A stretch of DNA of 64,000 nucleotides from Amoebidium appalachense (Eukaryota; Protista; Ichthyosporea). Positions 1 through 34,209 of this stretch are shown in pieces. The notes under the pieces are model-generated. The model did no database searches. It worked only from the letters and a program-made list of their open reading frames with translations, and was not told the DNA's origin. Position numbers and translations under genes: made by a program. The stretch spans positions 2,316,389 to 2,380,388 of the forward strand of contig CAVNZM010000004.1 of NCBI GenBank assembly GCA_963693365.1, given 5' to 3'. How positions within the stretch are numbered: the stretch's first letter is position 1; each line of letters starts with the position of its first letter.

Positions 1-819
1 CATGGTTTTCTTTTTCTGCTGTTTTTTGTTGCGGGGATCGGAATAGTGGACAGTAGTTTCAGTTGGGGGCAAGGGAGCCTACAAGTTTCAGTTGGGGGCA
101 AGGGAGCCTACAAAACCACACTGTTCGTTGCATACCTGCATGTGGCATGTTATATCTATTTAAGCGCATACAAGATACACCTATGTCCATGCAAGTAGGA
201 GCATATACACCATAAAAAAAAACACATTAACGAAAACGAGGCACACAGACGAGCCGTATACTTCTTCTACACATATTGACCCTTCGCGTTGAGTCAGCTC
301 AGTTAAGTGCCTGGATAGCAAGCGTTTGATTTTACAGAATATTTAGAATGTATGTATTATATAGAAATTACGAGCCTACCCGAATGCCATACTCAGTTCA
401 CTTAGTTTTTGACGGTCTATATTGTTTTTTTTCCAGAGCTTTGAGTTTAAGGCTTTGGGTGGGCCTGGAAATGGTGGATGATGGGAACGGCTGCTTTGTC
501 ATTGCACGGAAAAAATATGCTTTCCGTTGTTGTAGAGCTCTGAAAACTTCTTATGCTGTCAATATATTAAATGATAACGTGTTAAAATAGATTCATTGAC
601 ATCAGCATGCAAATTCACCAATGTACCTGAGCCTTCTACGACTTCACTGGAACATGCATAGGACACATCATGACGTTGAAGAAACGCTCACTTGTCCAGC
701 CCAGAACTTGTTAAAGGGATACATACAGCAAACAGAAGAACAGCAAAGCCCTTGAATCCAGCGGAAACAGTATATTTTAGCACTGAAAAAGTTTGGCTGT
801 GTGTGAGGCCTTTAGACAT
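1..819 (-). CDS. Possible 5' part of a divergent spliced gene of unknown function, running off the left edge
   Basis: ATG at 819 opens MSKGLTHSQTFSVLKYTVSAGFKGFAVLLFAVCIPLTSSGLD, which has a hydrophobic signal-peptide-like stretch and ends at a good donor (AA|gtgagc, 691). Further small AG..GT-bounded candidate exons lie at about 627-646 and 136-155. No homology recognised. Confidence 0.3.
55..113. repeat. 30-bp tandem duplication
   Basis: agtttcagttgggggcaagggagcctacaa occurs twice in tandem. Confidence 0.9.
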
Positions 820-1109
820 AGCCCCGGGGAGAGAGGGGTGGTCTGTGGACCTTGAAAACGAAGAAAAGGTGTGGTGCTCCCTAAGCCAATCAGATGAAAG
901 CAATAGATCCGATTAGATCTTGAGGCTCTCAAGTCTCAACGTGGTGCCGCTCGAAGCCCAAAGAAAAGTCTGAACACTTTGTACCCTGTCGTCTGTTTAT
1001 GTATAAGTTTGAAATAGACTACATATACAGCCCCATCAATAGCTCGAATCCAATTTCTTCTGCTCAAAATACCCATTTTGCTTCTGTTGCTCACATTCCT
1101 TTTTTGAAC

Positions 1110-2989
1110 ATGGAGCCCACAATCAATCCCGTGTCCCACCCGCCACCCCTGTCCCTAGCAGGCTGGATAGCAGAAAACCAGCACTTACTCAGACCCCCAG
1201 TAGGCAACAAACTGCTGTATGGTGCGGGGAGTCAGGTAACATTTCTCTGCTCTATCCATTTACCATCTTTGCTACAAGCCTTTTATTTCCCACCTCCCCA
1301 CCTTCCTCCCCCCCTCTCCCCCCCTCCCCCCCCCCCCCCCCCCCCCCTCCCCCCCCCCCCTCTCCCCCCTTCCCCCCTTCCCCTCCACCCCGCCACGGAC
1401 ACCTCCATCTCGACCTCCCCCTTTCCCCTACTCACCCGCCCCCACCCCAGCCGCGAAGTTACACATTAGTGAATCCCCTCTCTCTCGCAATACTTTTTCC
1501 ATCTTCCCTCTAGCTACCATAACGTGGAATGAAGGATGTGCATAAGTGATGCTTTTGGGACAGGCATATGGCTTCTGTCATGGTGAGTTGGGGGAGGAGT
1601 GTAACATGGGTGGGTGCAGTTCAAGCTGATGGTGGTTGGTGGGCCAAACGCAAGGGCGGACTATCACATAGAGGATGGGGAGGTAAGAGGCACCCTGTCC
1701 TCGTCAATCAAGACTATGTATGTTTAATGTTGTGTTGCACGTGCAGCACTTGCGAGGTTGTGGGAGTCACATGTGGCACGGGCGGTATTTGTGTGTTGTG
1801 AAACATATATTGAAAATGTGTGCCTGTTGACAATGTTCCCGTATCAAATACAAGAATTGGTTAACGTGTTCTGTTCTCACACAAAAGTGTACGTAGTGGT
1901 GCACTTGTCTGAAAAGGCGGCCACAAAGATACGTGCTATATACACATGTGCGTATACGGCAATGCATGTGTAATTGCACCTGCAAAAACATCCACATTCA
2001 ATTTGAACTCATCGCTCGGGCAGCATAAAACGAGCGTGCTATGTCAAGATGCAACCAGTACGAGTGTCGTCCTTTCTGGAGCTTTCCTGTGGCGAAGTTT
2101 TTTCTTTTCTTTTTTTCTTTTTTGGGGGGGAGGGGGGGGGGGGGGGGGGACCCGCGGGGGGGGGGGGGGGGGGAGGGGGGGGCACAGTAAAGGGAAAGAC
2201 AAATGGTGTAGGGTTTGGGTTTTTCTTTCTTACTGTTTTTTTTTTTTTGCCCCAGGGAGAAGGGAAACTGTCCGGGAGGGAGGGGGAGAGGAGGGGGGGG
2301 GGGGGGGGGAAGGGGGGGGGGGGGGGGGGGGCGGAGGGGGAGAGTTGTTGAGAGAATGAATACAGTTGGACTAAGTGTGTGGTTGCACACAATGATGGGG
2401 ATAGCCTTCCCCCTCCCCCTATCGCCCCTTCCCCTTGCGCACACATTGGTTGATTATTTCATTGATGTTGCTACGTGCCTCGCCTTTTTTACAAGCGTGG
2501 CATATTTACCTCGTCTTGACGTTCCCATGGTTTCCATGCTTAAAATACACGCACAAAAAAGAGGTGGGATGGATGGGCGAGGAGGGGAGGGAAGAGGCGA
2601 CGGGGGGGAGGGGGGGGGGGGGGGGGGGGGGGGGAGGGGGATGGGCCATGTAAAATAGAGGCAGAGTAAATTTATGCAGTGACTTTGCACATCTGATATG
2701 CAGGGCGGGCAAGCAGATGATGAAAAATACAAACACAATATTTATGTTGTCGCACACTGGTGTTTGATTGGGGACTGACAAGACACTCTGCACATGGCAG
2801 GAATGGTTCTGGCAGATCAAGGGGGACATGGTGTTAAAGGTGCGTGGATAGAACATAAATCCAAGAAATTGCACAATATACCAAAACAAAGAAATAAAGA
2901 AAGAGGGGGAAGAAAGAGGGGGGGGGGGGGGGGGGTTATCAGAGGAGAGAAGGGGGATGGGCCAAATCACAAGGGGGGGGGGGGGGGGG

Positions 2990-3032
<43 letters not shown>

Positions 3033-3935
3033 AAAGAAGAGATGGGGAAGTATCGTCAAAGGAGCGCAGGCAATTTGCATGGGTGTGTGTGGGGGGGGGG
3101 GGGAGGGAGAGGGGTCGAGTGGAATTATAATGTTGGTGTAAGGAGGACGGGGTGATTGTGCTCTGTTCTCTGCCAAAAGTCAGGCCAGTATGCACATGTT
3201 TAATTTAAAAGAATGGAGGGGGGGGGGAGGGGGGGAAGGGGGATGAGCAGTGTGTGTGTGTGTGGGGGGGGGGGGGGCTGTGGTTGTGATGGATGGTGTA
3301 AAGGTAGCAAGGTGGAGTGGGGCAAGAGGGAAATGCTGTGTGTAGCGGTTGTATGTGTGTGAGTCGGTGCGGGGGGGAAGATTAGGGGGGAGGGACTGGA
3401 GAGAGGAAGAAAGAGAGGGAGAGGGGGGGGGTAGTAAAAATAGGAGAGCGAAGGGGGGAAGGGAATGTGAAAAAGGAGATGTGGGGGGGGGGGGGGGAGG
3501 GGGGGGGGGGGAAGAAAGAGGGACAGATAGAGAGATGGAGAGATAGCGAGGTTTGAGTCGTCCGAAACCGGATTATGTTGGCTTCGGAAAGGCTGCTAAT
3601 GGCTGTGTGGTTGATAGGTTGTGGACGGGGGGGTGTTCAAGGACATCACCATCAGAGAGGGAGAGACATTCCTACTGCCTGCTCGTGTGCCCCACTCTCC
3701 CCAAAGACTACCCGACACGATAGGTCTCTATCTCCCGTCCCCCCCCCCCCCCCCCCCCCCCCACCACCACCACCACCACCGCCTCCGCCACCACCAACAC
3801 CACCACCACCACAACAACATGCACACGCGCGCGCACACACACACACACTCACACACACACTCACACTCACACACACACACACGCGTGCGCGCGCACACAC
3901 ACACACACAAATGCACGCACGCACTCACGTCCGCG

Positions 3936-4004
<69 letters not shown>

Positions 4005-6851
4005 TCATACACACACAGCGCACGTGCTGCAGCTTTTAAAAAATCGAGCAGAGTGCAGACTCGATAAAAAAGATCACACAGCAACCAAAAAAAAAAAAAA
4101 AAAAAAAAAAAGAGGTTTAAGTTTCACAGAGCTCAAGATGCCGTTTATAATATCTTATGAGTTTCTTGATCTCTTCCTCTAAGCTATAGTTTTCCTTTCC
4201 TTTTCCCATCCAGTTTTATTCACTGGCCAGTGCCCTCCTGCCCTCTTTTCCTCATTAAGTTCTTGCTACCCTCCTAATGCCCTATGCATCCTTTCAAATC
4301 TACTGTATTTATCGTCATCCCCCCCTCCCCCCTCCCCCCCTCCCCCCCCCCCCCCTCTCCCCGTTCCCCCTCATACGCTCTTCCGCCCCTTCCACCTCCC
4401 TCCCCTCCCCCTCCCCCGCGAGCCTGCCTGCCTGCCCGCCCATCCGCCCCCCCTTCCACCCACCCACCCACCTTTCCAGTACTATTGCAACAGAGCCTTT
4501 GTGAATGAATGCCTATACCCTCTTTCTTTCCTCTGCCTTGCACCTAACCACACATTACATGAATAGGTGTCGTGATGGAGAGGGAGCGCCAATCCACGGA
4601 GCTTGATGCGATGGTGTGGTATTGTGAGAGTTGCACCCAACCCCTCTACGAATCATTCTTTCACTGCACTGACCTTGGTACACATCCCCCCCCCCCCCCC
4701 CCCCTCCCCCCCCCCCCCTCCCCCTCCCCCCTCTGGATTTCACACCCCCGTCCCCTCCCCCCTTCCCCCCTCCCCTGCCCTCCCCCCTCCCCTTCCCCCC
4801 CCCCGCCTCCCCTCTGCTTCCGACCGGTCCTCCCCATCTCCATATCACCCCGTGCCCCCCCCCCCCCCCCCCTCCCCTCCCCACCTCAACCTCTCCTTGT
4901 TTTGTGGTGCATATCTCTGTGTAGGGTCCAATGACATTGAAGTAGCAATCATACGATTCCCCATACCTCCCACTGCTCCTTTGTATGTCCGTCATTTGCT
5001 GATTTGATCTGTCCCCCCCCCCCCCCCCCCCCCCCCCCTCCAACACACACACACACACTCACACTCACACTCACACTCACTCACTCGCTCACACATACAC
5101 ACATACCACCACCGCCACCATCGCCGTTGAATACGCTTTTCTTTGCTTCCATAGCATCTCTCGAGTTTGCTCACATGACAACCAGGGAGTCCTATTCCAC
5201 ATTTTTACCCCCCAAACTCAACTTCTATTATGTTGGTCTACACAACATCCCTTCAACCTCCCTTCATATTTCAAGTACGGGGGTGTCTGTATACTTGTCC
5301 TCTTACTGCATGCACATTGACTTTTTTTGCAGAAATTCACTTTTTGCACGTATGTGCTGTGCACCCTCCCACCCCCCACCCGCACCCCCACCCCAGCCCA
5401 TCCAGCATCGAAAACTCCCTGCATCATCTTTCTAAATAGCATAGAGGATGTTCTAATTCTTTGTGTGTTCACTGCGCAGGCAAGCAGCTAGCACCCATAA
5501 TCAACCACGTCAACTCCACCTCCTCACTGCTCACCTGCAAACACTGTGGCCATGTGGCTGAAAAAATGTCTCATCCCCCAGCCGGTGGTATATACCCCCC
5601 CCCCTCCCCCCCCCCCCCCCCCCCCCCCCCCCGCGCCCCTTTTCACGGCTTTAAGCCCCCTTTCCCCCCGTGCCCGTTTTCCTTCTTGATGTAATGGAGG
5701 AAGTAAAAGAGACGTATACTCTTCAAGCCTTTTTATGGTTTCTCTTAAACTGAAGGTGAGTGTTTTGGAGAAATGATTGAGCAGAGGCAGAGGCAAGGCA
5801 GGCTAAGTACATGCTTGGTCTTTGGAGTACTTCACTTCTCTTTCGCTCACCCCTCCCTCGTTCAGCCAGTACGAAGTTACACGTTCTACCTCCTACTTTG
5901 GTGGTTTTTTCTTTCGTGCCCATTGTTTACACGTGTCCTCAGGCATACCGCCTCCCCCGTCCTCCCCCCTCTCCCCCCTCTCCCCCCCCCTCCCCCCCTC
6001 TCCCCCCCCCCCCCCCCCCCCCCCCCAAACCCAATTCCACCTCCATCCCCCACATCACCCACCCTAAATGTGTGTGTGTGTGCATGTGTGTGTGCGTGTG
6101 TGTGCGTGCGAGTGTGCGTGTGTGCGTGCCTGGGTGCCTGGGTGCATGAGTGTTTGCGTGCTTCATGCGATCGTGCATGTGTGTAGATTCTACCGAAAAA
6201 AAATGAACAAAAAACACCCATTTGTCTAGGAAAGGACACACATTGAAAATGCACACCCGTTTTTTTCGCCCCTTACTAAACAAACTACCTCTTGCACGCA
6301 GCCAAAATGGCCACTCAGACCCCAACCATCGATGCTTCCAGCCACCCATCCCCCCAGAGTCTATGGGGATGGATTGATGCCAACAAGGACAGCTTTAAGC
6401 CCCCCGTTGGAAACAAAATGATGTGGGGCTTGGGCTGCCAGGTCCCCCCCCCCCCCCCCCCCCCCCCTCCCCCCCCCACCCACCCACCCACCCCCCTCCT
6501 CCCCCCTCCTCCCCTGCGCGCACGGGCTTGCTAACATCATAAACTTTTTTTTTTATGAACCTGCACTCAAATATGCTGTATGTTCACTTGAACCTCTACT
6601 GCCGGCTGTCTACAACCACCACCAAACGACAAGGGGCGCGGAAAAAGAAAGAAAAAGGAAAAGGAAAAAACAAAAACAACTACCCGCACACTCTTCCAAA
6701 GCCAAAAGTGGCATCAGGCATAAGACATGCATCGGATTAGCCTGCTGGTAGGTTACAGGTCCTTTTGAGTCTTTTCTCGTTTAGCCGATGAAGTGTTCAC
6801 ACTATTGTAATGCCCAAATACTGTAGCATGTGATCTACCCTCCCCCCCTCC

Positions 6852-6897
<46 letters not shown>

Positions 6898-7230
6898 CCC
6901 CCTCTTTCCCTGGGGCGAAACTTGGGTACTGTAGATGACTTGAGGCCCTTCCTGAGGATGAGCTCTGCTTAACATGCACACTCTTTGTGCATGCTTTACA
7001 TGCTGCATTGTGTTGTCCGTTATGATGTGTTGTCCGTTATGACTGTGTCCTGCGAACACTATAACGTGGTCTACTTGTCCACTTCCCCCCTCCCCCCCCC
7101 CCCCCCCCCCCCCCTCTTTGTCCCCCCCCCCCCCCCCCCCCGTCCCCGAGAGCTTTCTGGCGCCAAAATCTTTTCCTATGCAACTAATATTAGTAGCATT
7201 TAATTGGGATTTTTTGTTGTTTGGTTGTCC

Positions 7231-7261
<31 letters not shown>

Positions 7262-7904
7262 TTTTTTCCCCTCTTATGCGAGGGGAGGGGACAGATTTTT
7301 TTTTTTTGTGTTTCTTTTGGGTGGGGGGGAGGGGGAGAGGGGGGGGGAGGGGGCTAAGTAGGAACGTAGAGAAAGGGAGAGCTGTCGGGAACCGCACGTC
7401 ATCCCTGGCTACCTATATGAAGATGCCGGCATTTGGCTCCCCTGCTGGGAAGAGGCTTACCCACTCCTCTCCCATCACAGTTCAAGATCATGCTTGTTGG
7501 GGGACCAAACACACGGACAGACTATCATGTGGAAGACATGGAGGTTGGTTAACACCCCCCCTCCCTCCCCCCCCCCCAAACACATACACACACACGCACA
7601 CACTAACCGCAAAAAAAAAAAAAAGAAGGGGGAATGGTGTGTGCGTGCGCGTGTGTTAGAGGGCGAGGGACGGGGGGGAGGGTGAGGGACGGGGGGGGGG
7701 GGGGGGGAAGGAGGGGAGGGGACGGTGGGGGGGGGAGGGAGGGGGAGAGTGGCCAAAGATATGAAGAAAGAAAACTAGTAACATCACCACAACCATCATC
7801 CCCCCCCCCCCCCCCCCCCCTTCCCCTCCCAACCCGACCACAAACCCCCCCACCTTCTTTTACACTATGTGGTTTCTATTTCAAAAGCACAAGCAGTAGC
7901 CCAA

Positions 7905-7941
<37 letters not shown>

Positions 7942-8073
7942 CCCCGGCCTCCCAAATACTGTATGCATTGCTGGTGTTGCATACTTGAATATTTGCCTTT
8001 GCATGTGTCCTGCACCATGCTGTTCATCGTGTATGTATACTTTGTGCCGTGTTCCGCATTCAAACTCCCCCCG

Positions 8074-8113
<40 letters not shown>

Positions 8114-8475
8114 ATTATGGCACTTCCAGGGCCGATGCCACTAACACACCCCTCTGCCTGCATTACCAAGAACATAACACGAAGCCAAAGAGAAGTTCTA
8201 AGCAAATGCAAACAGAAAGCACTTGTCAGTGAAGAGAGTCATAGCAATTTCATTGTTTGTGGGCAAAGGAGCTAGCAGCCCAGCAAATGCATTCTCATGG
8301 TGGCCTCATCTGATTGGTTGGTTGCAGGAATGGTTTCATCAGTTGAAGGGTGATATGTGTCTCAAGGTATTTGCCCCTCCTCGCCCCCCCCCCCCTCCCC
8401 CCCCCCCCCCCAAAAAAAAAACACACACACACACACAAACGCACACACATGCGCGGGTACACACACGCACGCACG

Positions 8476-8564
<89 letters not shown>

Positions 8565-9472
8565 ACACACACTCACACTCTCACTCTCACTCTCACTCAC
8601 TCACTCACTCACACACACACACACACACACAAACACCCGCACACACGCACGCACGCACGAACACACACAGCAACAGCACAAACAAAAGAATGAAAGAAAT
8701 GAAGAGAGAGAGAGAGAGAGAGGGGAGGGGGGGGGGGGGGAGGAAGGATTAGGTTAGGAAAAAGAAAGAGTGGCTCAGAGACACGCCGTTTCATCCCTGA
8801 TGCGCCTGTGCACATGGGGTTAGAATATTTGTGATAAATATTTCATGTTGAACATGTCCCTCCCAACCCCCCATCCCCTTTTGCCCTCTCGGAGAACCAC
8901 CTTTAAATACTACCACAGGACCTTTACTACTGTGTAACTAAGAAGCCAAGAAGATAATAGAAGAAACAAAAGTATTACTACTGTGTAACTAAGAAGCCAA
9001 GAAGATATAGAAGAAACAAAAGTATTAGCAGAAGTAGACAGAGTGATAAAACAACCCCGGAAGAAGAAAAGGATGAGAAGAAGAAAGAAACCTTACAGCC
9101 TGGAAGGGTCAAAGCAATTATATCCCGAACATATCCTGCTATCCGTCCCGTCTCTCAACCGGGCTCCCTTTTCAACATTTTTGTTCTGGTTGTGTATATG
9201 GTGTGGTGTGGGTGGGTGGATAGGTGGATGTATGGAGGAGGAGGGAAAAGAGGGGCGCGCAGCAAGGGAGAGCGAGGGGAGGATAGGGGGGAGAGAGGCT
9301 CTAGGGGGTTTTTAGCCCAGTAATAAGTAGGTTTGCACGTATCTGACACGACTTGTACAGATTGTGGATGGGGGGCAGCCCAAAGACATCTGGATCTTAG
9401 AGGGGGAGTCATTCCTGTTGCCTGCAAAGATCCCTCACTCACCTCAACGATTTCCGGACACCATCGGTACCA

Positions 9473-9529
<57 letters not shown>

Positions 9530-9539
9530 GAAAGAATGA

Positions 9540-9607
<68 letters not shown>

Positions 9608-10394
9608 AAAAAAAAGTGCATTTCAAAACGCGTGACACCCATGTACACACACGTCGAGGTTTTTATATCTCTCATTCGCATTTTTCATCAGAGATTGCAC
9701 GGGCGCAACCACATGCCCCCCCTTACCCCCTCCCCTCCCCCTCCCCCCTCCCCCCTCCCCCCTCCCCCCCTTCCCCTGCCTCACCTCCCTTTACCCCTCC
9801 CCCCCCCCCCCCCCCCCACACACACACACCTCCCCATCATTTATAAAGAACAACCAATAACACACTTTGTACAATATCCCCCCTGCCCTTCGCCCCTCCC
9901 CCCCCCCCCCTCCCGGCCCCCTTTTCCCCAACCCCCCCCCCCCCCCCCCCCCCCACACACACATACACGCACACACACAAACACACATCACAACCACCAC
10001 CTCCACTACCTCCCCCCGCCCCACCCGCCCGCCCCTCCCCCAGAAAAGAAAAGAAAAGAAAAGAAAAGAAAAGAAAAGAAGAAAAGCGGAAACGAAGAAG
10101 CGGCTGTTTTATCCCCTCTCTCCCTTTTCCGCACACATTCACACGATGACCCCAAACCACCCCACCTGTCATTTATCTGCTCACACATTCACAGGGCTAG
10201 TGATTGAGCATGAGCGCCTACCGGACCAACAAGACTATCTGCGCTGGTACTGTCGCAACTGTGAAAAGATTGTCTACCAGGCTGCCTTCCACTGTGTGGA
10301 TCTGGGTAACCCCCCTCCCTCCCCAACCCCACCCACCCACCCACCCCTTACACACATACGCACGCACACACATTCACGCGCGCACACGTGCGCG

Positions 10395-10426
<32 letters not shown>

Positions 10427-10878
10427 CATGCACATACGCGCACACACTCACACACGCACCACACGAGCACGCACACACACACACATGCACACACACAGCG
10501 CGCGTGCACGCGCCATAGCACCATCATCCATAGGAGCGAGAAGGAGAGGACGGGAGCCGAGACACGGTCCCGGTTCATTATACTTCATGTATTCAAATCG
10601 GTGTGTGCATGTGTACATGCTACCCAGGCTAACACACAGACACATTCGATATGCAGGCACACTGGCGTGCACACTAGCACAGAGTAATAGTTTCAATGGT
10701 TATGTTTTTCCGTTGTTTTTTTTTTTTTTAAAAAAAAAGAAGAAAAAAAAAAAAAAAAAAAAAGGGGGGGGGGGGGGGGGGGGGGGGGATTCTTTGCATC
10801 AAAGTGGATTTCTTTCTTTTATGCTGATTTATGAGCCGTTTTTTTCTTTTTTTTTTTCTTTTTCTTTTTTTTTTTTTT

Positions 10879-10919
<41 letters not shown>

Positions 10920-11153
10920 TAATTCTGCTTCAGACGGACCTCGCCAAGCATTATGTGTAAACCTCTGTCGGGTCTGACCCGACCCGGAATCCCTAAAAGA
11001 AACCCCCATAAATCCGCACACGTTGCTAACTCTCACATATAACTTAATGCAGGTACGCAGTTGGCGCCAGTCATCAAGGCCTATCAGCAGTCCGAGGAGA
11101 TGCGCACGTGCCCCCATTGCAACACCGTAGACCAGTTCCCGGAAAAGAAATAG
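1110..11153 (+). CDS. HAAO: 3-hydroxyanthranilate 3,4-dioxygenase with two tandem complete domains (about 370 aa, 12 exons)
   Basis: Exons 1110-1235, 1620-1682, 2801-2839, 3618-3723, 4567-4677, 5480-5587, 6302-6441, 7481-7543, 8328-8366, 9361-9466, 10195-10305, 11053-11153 are all GT-AG, total 1113 nt and are in frame. Family motifs occur twice: PPVGNK, VGGPNxRxDYH, EEWFxQxKGDM, FLLPAxxPHSPQR, WYCxxC, FHCxDLGxQL, TCxxC. Confidence 0.93.
6905..6995 (+). mobile_element. Degraded fragment of the ~450-bp poly-C-associated element (HAAO intron 7)
   Basis: gatgacttgaggcccttcctgaggatgagctctgctta matches element core gatgacttgggccctccctgaggatgggctctgctta, and lies directly after a poly-C tract. Confidence 0.7.
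7955..8064 (+). mobile_element. 5'-truncated copy of the ~450-bp element (HAAO intron 8)
   Basis: gttgcatacttgaatatttgcctttgcatgtgtcctgcaccatgc...gttccgcattcaaa; same 3' end as the other copies, poly-C on both sides. Confidence 0.85.
8924..9026. repeat. ~50-bp tandem duplication
   Basis: ttactactgtgtaacta(a)gaagccaagaagata(a)tagaagaaacaaaagta occurs twice. Confidence 0.85.
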
Positions 11154-11769
11154 TCAATGTGTGTTACAGTTATTCTTTATTGTATCATAGTACAGGTTAC
11201 TTCGCATGTATTAGCTTAGGTAATATTTAAGCCCGATATTGCAACCTGGTATAGCATGTTTTTACAGCAACAGACCACCAAGTCTTAAATACATGGGTGG
11301 TGACCGTTTTCAGTGATGTACACTGAAGTAAACATGATAAGGTATTATTATTGTTCTTAAAGTAATAGTGCCCTTTTCGTATACAGGGCACACGAAAAAA
11401 GGCATTGCTTATGTTGACTTAGTGCTCATGTAAAGTAACTATGGACACACGAATAAACCCATTTACAGCGCATCTGAGAATCACAAGAGAATCACATGAA
11501 AATTAGAAAGATCCGTGAGCAAAGAGCTCGAGGCCAGAATGGGGGCCTTGATTGTATGCATGTTAGTGGCGAGGGCTGGGGGCTGGACCAGGTGGGGGAA
11601 GGAGAAAAAAGAAAAAAGAAAAAAAAAGGGGGGGAGGGGGGGGGGGGCACGTGGGGTTGGTGGGTGGGTGGGATTACCGTGGTGGATTAAACCTGAATTT
11701 GCACTTGTGTCCCTCGATTATGCCACCGCCCACGGAAACACGTGCACTGCGCATGCGCACCTGCATGGA

Positions 11770-11774
<5 letters not shown>

Positions 11775-11807
<33 letters not shown>

Positions 11808-11996
11808 TCCCGTTTTGTTCCCGGAGGGACCTCTTGGGCCCTCAGGGATAACTACCGTCTTCCACCCAGCACCGACAGTACTCTAGCTAGCTAGGGTGCT
11901 ACGGTATTATTGGCTAAGCTAACACACCTTTAAACAATCCTAACTATTTGCACACACTTTGCCCAGGGTATTCACCCCAGCCACGCCGGTGGGTAA
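11775..11996 (-). mobile_element. Poly(A)-tailed non-LTR retroposon (SINE or 5'-truncated LINE 3' end) with target-site duplication
   Basis: 27-nt poly-T at 11775-11801 (poly-A on minus). Direct repeat GCATGGATATGA at 11763-11774 and 11997-12008. Diverged homologous copy at 55371-55569. Confidence 0.85.
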
Positions 11997-12311
11997 GCAT
12001 GGATATGATATACATGACAAACTCCCGGCCCTATTAGTTTAAGGTTAGCCAAGCTTGCCATATATAAAACCAAGACTCCAAAAAGAATGCTTATAGTAAC
12101 TGTACGCGTACCCATGGATATTATTAGCCATGACCACTAAATTGGGAAGCACTGCAGCACTTGTCTGTGTACTGTACTTTGATTCTCGAAGTGCTGAATA
12201 AAGGTGGGCGGCAGCGCGCGGTGTGCACGTGTAAATTCTGATACGTATATACCAAATGTGCAATATGTATGATGGCATTCAGAAAGACCACTGAGATGTA
12301 CATATCCCCCC

Positions 12312-12348
<37 letters not shown>

Positions 12349-13223
12349 TTCCCCCTCTGGCCCCCCACCCACCCACCCACCCAAACCCCCCGTTCTTCCC
12401 CCCGGCCCCCGCCCCTTCCCTCCGTGTCTTGTTATTATTGGCTCTTATGTTGTCTAATACATAGTGCTCTTTCAATCACGAAGGACGTTTTTTCTAAAAC
12501 AGAATGAATATAATGAATACCCGTGAAAGAACGAAGATCTTCCTTGGTTTTTTCTTTTTCTTCTTCTTCTTTTTTTTTTTTTTGACTATCACCGACTATC
12601 CCAGTTGTTTTGGCTATCCCAAAGGCCGAGATATATATGAATCCCGCCATATAAACTTACCGGAACCAATCCAAAAATACCGCCAATCAGAAAATCAATA
12701 AATTTAGGTTCCTGACAGGCCATTGGGCGCAAGTATAAGCGCTTTTTTTGAACTTTCACGTTGTTGTCGGGTCAAACACCCGCAACAGTTTGCATGTGTG
12801 AAGAGACAAAGAGAAAACATATACTAATATTAACATATATATATATATATATATATTATATTACTGTTTATAGAGCAGCCCCATTGACAGTGAGCTGTAA
12901 TATTCCACAAGTAACATCACTGATTTGTACAAACCCCAGTAGACTGGCAGCACACAACATAACGTGACAGACCAACCCCCTGACTCTTATACCTGCACTT
13001 TTCGACGCCTCGGCACCCTCTTCTGTTGAAAAATACGAACAAAATAGAGGCAACCGTACACTAGCTCGCTCGACGGTACACTAATCTCCCTGCACCTGAG
13101 TGAGGTCACAAGCCAAACTGCTGGTGTAGTGTGCAAGTCATTAGTCACGATAAAAATACGGACGAACAAGCATCCTACATTCAAGGAGCCGGTTGAAAGC
13201 CTTGTGATGCTACGAAGGAAAAG

Positions 13224-33540
<20,317 letters not shown>

Positions 33541-34178
33541 TAAGGCACATGTAATTCTCATGCTCTTGGCTGTGCAAACACTCCCCTACGTGCACATACG
33601 TGCGCACACGTTGACCCACACACATACACACAGACACACATACAGGCACACACACACACACACACACACACACGCTCACTCACTCATACATATAACCTGC
33701 ACACAGTTTCACATACAGGCTTACAAATACACACACACATACAAGCACCAGGGGGGTTGCATACACGTCAAGACTAAACATTGTTCCAAGTATACAGGGA
33801 TTGCGCGCTTGTGGGCTAAAAATTAGGGAGCGCTACTCTTGAACGAAGGCCTAATACTGAATGAATTGTGGTGAATATTAGTCGGTGGGGATTTCCTGGA
33901 TAAATTTCATAGACAAATGCATTATGACATGATAGGTGCAAACGAATGAACTCGATTATAATAGTGCTCTGTGCCCAATTATTAGGCGGGTCCCTCAGGC
34001 TGGTGAGAATGTTAGTTACCTCTAATTCCGCTGTTTTGCGGATGGCATGCCGTGACCATTCCAAATTTAATAAACGTCAATCCCACCCGAAAAGGCTTGG
34101 CAAGATATTGTCGTCGGATAATAAAACACGCACAGAGCCCATATGTACACCCTTCAGGCCTCTTTCTCTCCCTCCTCT

Positions 34179-34209
<31 letters not shown>

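Noticed and set aside
10968-10984. Perfect small palindrome gtcgggtc-t-gacccgac
   Set aside because: Isolated 8-bp stem with no supporting boundaries or clear family in the window.
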